Positions 16,850 to 23,886 of a stretch of DNA of 23,886 bases are shown here, piece after piece. The translations under genes were made by a program, and so were the position numbers. Numbering within the stretch: position 1 is the stretch's first letter; every line of letters begins with the position of its first letter. Source of the stretch: Alteromonas naphthalenivorans. GTDB taxonomy: Bacteria > Babelota > Babeliae > Babelales > CAIQNR01. The notes beneath the pieces were generated by a model, which was not told where the DNA came from, searched no databases, and saw nothing but the letters and a program-made list of their open reading frames with translations. Location of the stretch: positions 1-23,886 of the forward strand of contig JBLICC010000008.1 in assembly GCA_047631715.1 (NCBI GenBank), read 5' to 3'.

Positions 16850-17464
16850 TCATTTAATAATGCCACACAAATGTTGCTCTAAAGCGCATAATCGTTCAAA
16901 ACTTTTAACAATAGATCTATGAACAGTCTCATCGTAAGGAAAAACTTTTCTTATATGCCAACGACATAAATGTTTATGCATTTTTAAATACAGTTCGAGT
17001 ACTGTTTTTTCTCTTTTGATTTCTTGTAAATATTTTTGCCGTATAATTGTTTTATCAAGTTGTCTCACATAAAGCATAAGTTCTTCATCATTGCTTTGCC
17101 CTACAGAGTTTGACCACGACCCTATTGTTTTTAACAATTTATATGCACGATAAATTACATAAAATGTTGCTCCGTAAGACATAAATGCGCCGCCAAGAGC
17201 CCATTTCAAAATTGGTTTAGCCATGCCCCATTTATCTAATTCCCCTGTTGCGGTGTCTGCAGTTTCAGAAGCCCATTCACCCCACCCCACTACTGTATCA
17301 AATACCGTACGCTCACCTTCAATCTTAATCGTCAATGGCCCAGGGTTATTCTGTTGATACTCTCGCAATGCTTCTATGCTTTTATATGAAAGATCTTTAA
17401 CTCGTATGGTTGTTGCTTGGGTCTGACTATACAAACAAGCGAGAAATAAAAGAGTTTTCTTCAT
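16850..17464 (-). CDS. Hypothetical exported/membrane protein
   Basis: Signal-like N terminus, one internal hydrophobic segment; ATGA overlap with the xerD stop. Confidence 0.7.
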   Translation of the reverse strand: MKKTLLFLACLYSQTQATTIRVKDLSYKSIEALREYQQNNPGPLTIKIEGERTVFDTVVGWGEWASETADTATGELDKWGMAKPILKWALGGAFMSYGATFYVIYRAYKLLKTIGSWSNSVGQSNDEELMLYVRQLDKTIIRQKYLQEIKREKTVLELYLKMHKHLCRWHIRKVFPYDETVHRSIVKSFERLCALEQHLCGIIK

Positions 17465-18372
17465 GATCGAGGATGTTTTTTATCATATATTTTACGTAAA
17501 TGCTCTGTTTCTACATGTGTATAAATCTGCACAGTGGTTAAGTTCTCGTGTCCCAACAGCATTTGTAGCGATCGTAAATTAGCGCCTTTCTTTAGCAAAT
17601 GTGTTGCTAATGAATGCCGTAACTGATGGGGAGAAAGCTCATGTTTAATACCTGCTCGTTGCCCCATATCTTTTAAATAGATCCAAAACATTTGTCGAGA
17701 CATTGCTTTTAACTTGCCACCATAAAATGTTGGGAACATATAATCTGTTTTAAGCGTTGTATTTTTTTTGGTTACTAACTGTGGATATACATTTTTAAGA
17801 TAGTTTTTTAAAAGTTCAGACATATGATGTGGTAGAGGAACCATGCGCTCTTTGCCCCCTTTTCCTGGTACTGTTACAAAGCCCGAAGAAAAGTCGACGC
17901 TTGATACCGTTACGTGTACCAATTCGCTAATACGCATGCCCGTTACATAGAGCAAGTATAACATGGTGCAATTACGTACTCCCGCATCAGAATCATCTTC
18001 TTTTGCTGCACTCAAAAGCATTTCTACTTCTTTTTCTTTTAAATGCTTGGGAAGCTTTTGTTCTAAACGTGGTGTTATGAGTTCTTCTGCACAGTTTTTA
18101 ATTTCATAGCGATCTTCTAGATATATATAAAATGCTTTAAGTGTAGATATTTTTCGGGCCGCACTTCTAGCTCCAATACCTTCTTTATTAAGATATTTTA
18201 AATATGCTTTAAGGTCTGTAGGTGTTACTTTTTTAAGTGCTAGTTTTTGAGTATCTAAAAAAACAGAAAATTGCTCAAGGTCTCTTCTATAAGCATCAAA
18301 GGTGTTTTTTGCTACTCGTTTTTCTGTTAATAAATAACTTTCAAACTTAGTAAAATAATCTTTGGTCTTCAT
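17461..18372 (-). CDS. xerD: Tyrosine recombinase, XerD-like
   Basis: NTFDAYRRDL, GMRISEL, GKGGKERMVP, SPHQLRHSLATHLL, QMLLGH, QIYTHV, HPR. Confidence 0.88.
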   Translation of the reverse strand: MKTKDYFTKFESYLLTEKRVAKNTFDAYRRDLEQFSVFLDTQKLALKKVTPTDLKAYLKYLNKEGIGARSAARKISTLKAFYIYLEDRYEIKNCAEELITPRLEQKLPKHLKEKEVEMLLSAAKEDDSDAGVRNCTMLYLLYVTGMRISELVHVTVSSVDFSSGFVTVPGKGGKERMVPLPHHMSELLKNYLKNVYPQLVTKKNTTLKTDYMFPTFYGGKLKAMSRQMFWIYLKDMGQRAGIKHELSPHQLRHSLATHLLKKGANLRSLQMLLGHENLTTVQIYTHVETEHLRKIYDKKHPRS

Positions 18373-18402
18373 TACTACTCTTTTTTTTAAATATAAAACT
18401 TC

Positions 18403-19179
18403 TTACTTACGATATACAGAAGATAAGAAATTCCAAGCACAATCAAAGCTTGGGATATATACTTCGTCTAAAGAAGTATTACCAAAAGCTTGCTCAAAAG
18501 CTTGTGTCCACATTTCTACTTGTGCAGGATTTGTGTCTTTACTGCTTGCTTGAACTGTTACAACACTATTTGGTTTAAGAATTCTTTTTAATTCATCCAT
18601 ATTTTTTATTGTTAGATCAACACAAAATTGGTCATCAGTAAGATCTATAAAAAGTTTATCGTAAGTGTTATCAGGAACAGACTTAATATTTTTAAAAGCA
18701 TCACCCAAAATTAATGTTACAACATCACTTTTAAGAACGTTATTGCCAATTGTACTTAGATGTTTGCTCGATACTTCAATCACTTCTTGATCGAGATCGT
18801 ACCAGTCTATAGAGCCACAATCTTGAGAAAGACACTCACGTGCAACTCCGCCGTCTCCACCACCAATAATAGCAACTTTATTTTTTGCATCACTCAGCTT
18901 TAAACTTGAATTTACAAAAGTAGAGCTATAAAGATGTTCATCTTTTGTAGAAACTTGTATATCGCCATCTATAAACAAAGCTTTTCCAAATTCTTTTACT
19001 TTAAAGACTTGAATGTGTTGACCCATTTTTGATGTAAAATCTTCTAACACTGCTTCTACTACATAATGCTTAACAAGGCCTTCAGAGCCAGTTAAACTAG
19101 GATAAAAAAAAGGTTTATGAAGCTCTTGGCTTAAAAGTAACATTGGAGTTAAGAGTAATAATAAAAATTTATTTTTCAT
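18403..19179 (-). CDS. speE: Spermidine synthase / polyamine aminopropyltransferase with signal-peptide-like N terminus
   Basis: FGKALFIDGDIQ, DEHLY, IIGGGDGG, DLDQEVI, GDAF, IDLTD. Confidence 0.88.
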   Translation of the reverse strand: MKNKFLLLLLTPMLLLSQELHKPFFYPSLTGSEGLVKHYVVEAVLEDFTSKMGQHIQVFKVKEFGKALFIDGDIQVSTKDEHLYSSTFVNSSLKLSDAKNKVAIIGGGDGGVARECLSQDCGSIDWYDLDQEVIEVSSKHLSTIGNNVLKSDVVTLILGDAFKNIKSVPDNTYDKLFIDLTDDQFCVDLTIKNMDELKRILKPNSVVTVQASSKDTNPAQVEMWTQAFEQAFGNTSLDEVYIPSFDCAWNFLSSVYRK

Positions 19180-19224
19180 GTTTGTATCCTGATCTATAAA
19201 ATTTGTGTTGTTTTTTTAACGATA

Positions 19225-19677
19225 CTATTTTGCGCGAACATTAGAAGTTGTGTAAAAATATTTTCTTATTAAAAATACAGTTACTATAATAATTGCAAAA
19301 GCAGAACTATTAATAGATGGATAGAAAGGCTCCATTGCATTACCCGTATTTCTATCAAATTCTTTTTTAACAATGCTGGTATGTTGAATTTCTTTTTTTA
19401 TAATTTCTTCTGCAATTCTTGGATGTACCTTGCCGCAGGTAAAAAAATCAAAACTTATAATGCCATGCTCTGGAAAAGTATGAACACTCATATGGCTTTC
19501 ACTGAGTAAAGCTAATGATGTTGATCCTTGAGGCTCAAATTTATGATGCGAGACATTTAACACTTTGACTTTAGCTTCTTTAGCAATTTTATAAAAAAGA
19601 TCTTCATAAAATTGAATACTATATTCTTGTGTTGTTCCTACGATATCTAATGTAACGTGTTCACCGACCTTAATCAT
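19225..19677 (-). CDS. speD: S-adenosylmethionine decarboxylase proenzyme with hydrophobic C-terminal tail
   Basis: HKFEPQG, LSESHMSVHTFPEHG (pyruvoyl E|S site), DFFTCG. Confidence 0.9.
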   Translation of the reverse strand: MIKVGEHVTLDIVGTTQEYSIQFYEDLFYKIAKEAKVKVLNVSHHKFEPQGSTSLALLSESHMSVHTFPEHGIISFDFFTCGKVHPRIAEEIIKKEIQHTSIVKKEFDRNTGNAMEPFYPSINSSAFAIIIVTVFLIRKYFYTTSNVRAK

Positions 19678-19741
19678 GATAAGCTTTCCTCATAACTTCT
19701 ATAGAATTAATAATGTTTTATTGTTTGTTACTTCTTTACTC

Positions 19742-20305
19742 TTAAAGCGAATCTGTTTCATCACCACTGTCATTTCCAAAAAAAACATCCGATGGAACAG
19801 ATACAAGTCTTGATCTTCTTGGAGGTGGTGGTGGAGAAAACAATGATGATTCCAATTTACAGTTCTCTTTATTTCTTTTTTTATTTTGTCTTTTAATCCT
19901 ATTTTTTTTTAATCGCTTCATTCCTAAATCTTCATCCGAAGATTCTGCAAGAGCTATAATGGTTGCTATAATCTCTTTTTGCCATAAATCCCCACATCCA
20001 TTTGGTACAGGCCGCCTTGTGCATTGATCAAGAAGATCTTTATATAATGTTCTAATATCAGATTTTTTCACATTAAAAAGTGGGCCTAAAGTTTGGTACA
20101 TTACAGTATTTACCCAAAACACACCTTGATTTTCTTCGATTTGAGCATTTTCACATAATTCTAAAAGAGCTGATCTTAATTTTAGTTCTATTTCAAAACT
20201 ATCAAATTGCAATCGAGTACTCTCATCAATAATAAGAGTATTGCTACCTTCCCAAGTGCAAAGCGGTGTAAGAACTGTAAGAAAAATAATAAAGAGTTTA
20301 TTCAT
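19742..20305 (-). CDS. Hypothetical exported protein with basic and polyproline motifs
   Basis: Signal peptide; KRLKKNRIKRQNKKRNK; SPPPPPRR; acidic tail. Confidence 0.75.
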   Translation of the reverse strand: MNKLFIIFLTVLTPLCTWEGSNTLIIDESTRLQFDSFEIELKLRSALLELCENAQIEENQGVFWVNTVMYQTLGPLFNVKKSDIRTLYKDLLDQCTRRPVPNGCGDLWQKEIIATIIALAESSDEDLGMKRLKKNRIKRQNKKRNKENCKLESSLFSPPPPPRRSRLVSVPSDVFFGNDSGDETDSL

Positions 20306-20310
20306 ATCTT

Positions 20311-21726
20311 TTAGTACGATCGGGCAACAACAACATCAGCAGTACTTGCCTTATCACAGCCAAAACAATTTTTAACAGTGTTATCCGACAAAACACATCT
20401 GATAGATAACTTTTTAGGCTTAAGCATTCTTTCGCACTCGTCCGATCCACAAAAACCTGTTAAGCACACAGACGATTCGGAAACTTCTACAATATCCGCT
20501 AGCTTATCTTTAACAGTCCACATATTATCAAGCCGTGTTTTTGCTCGGTCAAACAATGCTTTTTGAAAAGCTTCTAATTTTCTTGGAAGCACTTGTGCCA
20601 TATCTGCAAAAAGAACACCCTCTTTTTCTAACCCAAGACGATCTGCCACCATAGCATGTTTCTTTTCTAGGTCACGAGGCCCAATTTCTAAACGTAGAGG
20701 CACGCCTTTCATTTCCCAATGAAAGAACTTGCTCCCTGGTTTTTTATGTTCATCAGCGTCAATATGAACACGAACCAATCCATCTAATTCTTCTTTTACT
20801 TGTTGAGCAGCTTTTAATACTGCATCACGTTGCTCGTCTGTTTTATAAATTGGAATAATAACTGCTTCAATAGGAGCAATCTTTGGTGGAAGTATTAAGC
20901 CTTTTTCATCACCATGGCTCATAATAACTGCACCAATCAAACGCGTAGTTACGCCCCAACTAGTTAACCATGGGTACGCCATTTTGCTGTCTTTGTCTTG
21001 GTACTTCATATCGAATGATTTTGCAAAATTTTGTGAAAGCATGTGCGATGTTCCCATTTGCAATGCTTTTGCGTCTGGCATAAATGCTTCAAAAGTATGT
21101 GTTTCGTCTGCACCAGGGAATTTTTCTAAGTTAGATTTTTGGCCAACTACCACTGGAATAGCTAAATAGTTTTCTGCCAAGTCTTTATAATGCCCAAGCA
21201 TTAAAAGCGCTTCTTCTTTTGCTTCTTCTCTAGTTGCATGAGCAGTATGCCCTTCTTGCCAAAAGAATTCTGATGTTCGTAAAAATGCACGCGGACGCAT
21301 TTCCCAACGCATCACATTTGCCCACTGATTAATTTTAAGTGGTAGATCGCGCCACGATTTTATCCATTGCGCAAACATATGATGAACCATAGTTTCTGAT
21401 GTTGGACGAATAACAAGTGGTTCTGCTAATTTTTTGCCACCAGCATGCGTAACAATAGCAAGTTCTGGAGCAAATCCCTCGATATGTTCTGCTTCTTTTT
21501 TTAAGAAAGACTCGGGAATCAAAAGAGGAAAAATTGCGTTTTTGTGACCAGTATCTTTAATTTTCTTATCAAGAATAGATTTTATACTTTCCCAAATTTC
21601 TGTACCATAAGGTCTAATAACAATACAACCACGTACAGGAGATTGATCAGACAACTCTGCTTGCCGTATAACCTCTTGGTACCATTCAGGAAATTTAGTT
21701 TTGATATCTGGTAACTTTGCGCTCAT
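20311..21726 (-). CDS. proS: Proline--tRNA ligase, archaeal/eukaryote-like type
   Basis: IRPTSET, QWANVMRWE, EFFWQEGHT, GTSHMLSQNF, SWGVTTR, C-terminal ARSY; no INS editing domain. Confidence 0.97.
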   Translation of the reverse strand: MSAKLPDIKTKFPEWYQEVIRQAELSDQSPVRGCIVIRPYGTEIWESIKSILDKKIKDTGHKNAIFPLLIPESFLKKEAEHIEGFAPELAIVTHAGGKKLAEPLVIRPTSETMVHHMFAQWIKSWRDLPLKINQWANVMRWEMRPRAFLRTSEFFWQEGHTAHATREEAKEEALLMLGHYKDLAENYLAIPVVVGQKSNLEKFPGADETHTFEAFMPDAKALQMGTSHMLSQNFAKSFDMKYQDKDSKMAYPWLTSWGVTTRLIGAVIMSHGDEKGLILPPKIAPIEAVIIPIYKTDEQRDAVLKAAQQVKEELDGLVRVHIDADEHKKPGSKFFHWEMKGVPLRLEIGPRDLEKKHAMVADRLGLEKEGVLFADMAQVLPRKLEAFQKALFDRAKTRLDNMWTVKDKLADIVEVSESSVCLTGFCGSDECERMLKPKKLSIRCVLSDNTVKNCFGCDKASTADVVVARSY

Positions 21727-21811
21727 AATTTTATCTCTTTAGAATAAGTTCAAATATTTTAGCACTTATTATAAGCGTTTTATGCTTATTTGTAAAAACG
21801 AAAGTCACAAT

Positions 21812-22171
21812 ATGCCCACAAAAGAACTCTCCCTAAAGCAACTCAAGGAAAAAGTTAAACTGTTTGTTCAAGAACGAGACTGGCAGCAGTTTCATACTCC
21901 CAAGAATTTGAGCATGAATATCTCTATCGAAGCATCAGAACTCATGGAACTTTTCTTATGGTGTAAATCAGAAGATTCTTTAAAAGCTTATAAAGACAAA
22001 GAACAAGATGTGCAAGACGAAGTCGCCGATATATTATTTGGATTACTCTGTTTTTGCAATGCAACCGGCATAGACTTAGAAAAAGCGTTTTTAGCTAAAT
22101 TTAAAAAAGTCGCTGCTAAATATCCTGTTGATAAATGCAAAGGCAGATCACTTAAATATACCGAACTATAA
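21812..22171 (+). CDS. MazG-like nucleotide pyrophosphohydrolase (dCTP pyrophosphatase/RS21-C6 type)
   Basis: ERDWQQFHTPKNL, EASELMELF.W, DEVAD, KYP, KYTEL. Confidence 0.9.
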   Translation: MPTKELSLKQLKEKVKLFVQERDWQQFHTPKNLSMNISIEASELMELFLWCKSEDSLKAYKDKEQDVQDEVADILFGLLCFCNATGIDLEKAFLAKFKKVAAKYPVDKCKGRSLKYTEL

Positions 22172-22178
22172 TAAGGGT

Positions 22179-22281
22179 CCCTCGATACAATTTTAACTTC
22201 GTAAAAACCACTCGGGATGAACGTAATAACTTACTCTTTTAAATAAGACAGTTAACCTGCTCATCCCGAGTAGTTTTTGAG
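22179..22281. repeat. REP/MITE-like inverted doublet
   Basis: CCCTCGATACAA...CCACTCGGGATGA (22179-22220) and partial inverted TCATCCCGAGTAGTTTTT (22261-22278). Confidence 0.7.
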
Positions 22282-22300
22282 TTATAATGATAAAGATAGT

Positions 22301-22627
22301 ATGAAGATCAAAAATTTATTGCTCACTTTGGTACTGAGTACTCTCAGCACCACAAACCCCGTGCTTATAAACAGCTCAACCACACCGCAATGGACGTACC
22401 AAACAATAAAATCAAGTACGATCGATGCCAACTTTGGCGATGCTGGTAGTGACTTTTATACGAATACTGATGGTTATATAATTTATACCATGCAAATACA
22501 AACAGATGGCAAGATACTTATTGCTGGGTCTACCGGTACTACTAATTGGTATGTAGGAAGGTTATTAAATGATATCCATCCGCTTACTCAAATTACTGAA
22601 AACGGCAATACAGGGTTTATTGCATAG
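22301..22627 (+). CDS. Exported single delta-60 repeat protein, paralogue of 4274-4825
   Basis: MKIKNLLLTLVLSTLSTTNPV..., MQIQTDGKILIAG, LLNDIHPLTQ...GNTGFI. Confidence 0.75.
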   Translation: MKIKNLLLTLVLSTLSTTNPVLINSSTTPQWTYQTIKSSTIDANFGDAGSDFYTNTDGYIIYTMQIQTDGKILIAGSTGTTNWYVGRLLNDIHPLTQITENGNTGFIA

Positions 22628-22663
22628 GCATAATTAACTAAGTTTAACGTTGGTATAAATACG

Positions 22664-22700
22664 CGTCTTTAATGGGCTTAATTGCTTGTGGAAGGCGTTT
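22664..22700 (+). terminator. Intrinsic terminator, copy of 4856-4898
   Basis: Same hairpin with one substitution. Confidence 0.6.
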
Positions 22701-22736
22701 ATTTATTTAGAATAAGTTTATTCTGAAAAACAAATT

Positions 22737-22902
22737 ATATACATTCGATACAATTTATCGCTGCACTCAAAATCACTCCCAGGCTTCGCATAAACCTTCG
22801 CCGGGCACGGCAGTATGACTCGATGAAAAATACTCGAGCACACTAGGATTAAGTTATACTGAGTGAATATAAACAACATGAGTATTTGTATCGAATGTAT
22901 GT
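22737..22902. repeat. Complete MITE/REPIN-like element with terminal inverted repeats and nested 33-nt insert
   Basis: ATACATTCGATACAA ... TTGTATCGAATGTAT ends; insert at 22779-22811. Confidence 0.8.
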
Positions 22903-22924
22903 AGCTCGCAATTGAAGTTTAAAA

Positions 22925-23416
22925 TTACTGTATGTTCGCAAGAGTATGACCAAATACATGTTTTCTATATTCATCCTCACGCTCAAAATCAACAGATGGA
23001 AAACAATAAGGACATATAAATTGAGCAATTGCGACAACTGTTTGATGGGGTTGTTGCTGTGGAACTTGAGGAGCTACATGAAAATCGAATTCTACAGAAA
23101 GTAACTGATCTGCAGATGGGCTCATAGCTTTATCTTTTTGATGATCAGGTAAAAATTGCGCTAAATCAATCTCGCTATCACTAGCTTCTTGCTCATCCCT
23201 ATCACTTGCAAAACTCGCAACATCTAATTGATCACCAGATAATTGTTTTCTCTTTTTCTTTTTATTTTTTTTCTCGAATGCTCGTATCTGTTGACCTGCA
23301 AATGCTTCTTGTGCTTTTAAAGAAAGCTTTCTTATTCTTTTATTTGGTGATTCAGCAGATTCCATTGTTGAACATATCGATAACAATACAAAAGAAATGA
23401 GTATGCTTTTTTTCAT
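22925..23416 (-). CDS. Putative exported protein with NLS-like stretch and C-terminal C2H2 zinc finger
   Basis: Start MKKSILISFVLLSIC at 23416; KKNKKKKRK; FICPYC-x14-HVFGH. Confidence 0.75.
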   Translation of the reverse strand: MKKSILISFVLLSICSTMESAESPNKRIRKLSLKAQEAFAGQQIRAFEKKNKKKKRKQLSGDQLDVASFASDRDEQEASDSEIDLAQFLPDHQKDKAMSPSADQLLSVEFDFHVAPQVPQQQPHQTVVAIAQFICPYCFPSVDFEREDEYRKHVFGHTLANIQ

Positions 23417-23503
23417 AGTTAAAACCTTAATTCTTACTTTATTTATACTAATACAGTACAAAATATAGCACACTCTTAAAAAATGCCTACCCTGCAAGCG
23501 TTT

Positions 23504-23884
23504 TTATAACTCTTTCTCCACTTCTTCTATATCGTATTCTAAATACTTTAAGAATCCACTTGCATCTTGATCGGTATTGTCATCATCACCATCTTCTTTT
23601 AATAGATCAGCAATTTCTTGATGCATCTTATGATCATATGCTGGGAATTGTGGTGCTTCTATGGGCTCAAATTGCATAGCACTTAATTGATCTACTGATG
23701 GACTTGTAACTTCTTGCCCTGTTTCAATAATCATATAATCATTTAATAAGTCATTTCTGTCTCCCCAATCATCAATTGTTATTGGTGAAAAAACAGATGC
23801 AATCCCAGAATCAGTAGGCGAAGTTACTGTAGCGTTTTTTGAACGACTAGCAAAAGGGGATAAAGATTTTTTGACTCTTGACTC
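23504..23884 (-). CDS. Partial hypothetical acidic/disordered protein entering from the right edge
   Basis: Frame stays open 50 codons upstream of the ATG at 23734 to the window edge. Shares SPS.DQL with the adjacent gene. Confidence 0.7.
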   Translation of the reverse strand, partial: ESRVKKSLSPFASRSKNATVTSPTDSGIASVFSPITIDDWGDRNDLLNDYMIIETGQEVTSPSVDQLSAMQFEPIEAPQFPAYDHKMHQEIADLLKEDGDDDNTDQDASGFLKYLEYDIEEVEKEL

Positions 23885-23886
23885 TA

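Noticed and set aside
14573..16850. oriC near dnaN-recF
   Set aside because: No dnaA or gyrB and no cluster of DnaA boxes seen; a dif-like site is nearby instead.
17461..18372. Prophage or island integrase
   Set aside because: Size and motifs fit chromosomal XerD; housekeeping neighbours, no phage genes, tRNA or att repeats.
876..23400. Short antisense or out-of-frame ORFs in the track (e.g. 876, 3188, 4438, 9773, 12236, 15878, 20378, 23206)
   Set aside because: Nested in well-supported genes, with no RBS or recognisable motifs.

Overview
AT-rich bacterial chromosomal segment, probably from a protist-associated intracellular lineage such as Ca. Dependentiae/Babelota. That assignment is an inference from the many signal-peptide orphans, the eukaryote-like motifs and the archaeal/eukaryote-type ProRS. 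Core genes: lnt, rplI, dnaB, ruvC, recF, dnaN, xerD, speE, speD, proS and a MazG-like pyrophosphatase. Accessory genes: an S8 peptidase, a TrpR/YerC regulator with an amino-acid-binding protein, and two delta-60 repeat paralogues. A dif-like site (10153-10180) lies where gene orientation switches from + to -, so this may be the replication terminus even though dnaB and dnaN-recF flank it. Top non-obvious signals: (1) a candidate ~100-190 nt minus-strand sRNA (14307-~14495) whose unpaired segment is an exact 15-nt antisense to the xerD start region and partly antisense to other start regions; (2) a 46-aa peptide cassette present twice with mostly silent changes, the second copy apparently truncating the binding-protein operon; (3) a SpeD/SpeE pair that looks like a split fusion carrying a TM tail and a signal peptide; (4) putative exported proteins with NLS, C2H2 finger and DSGxxS-type motifs; (5) a family of nested palindromic REP/MITE-like repeats.
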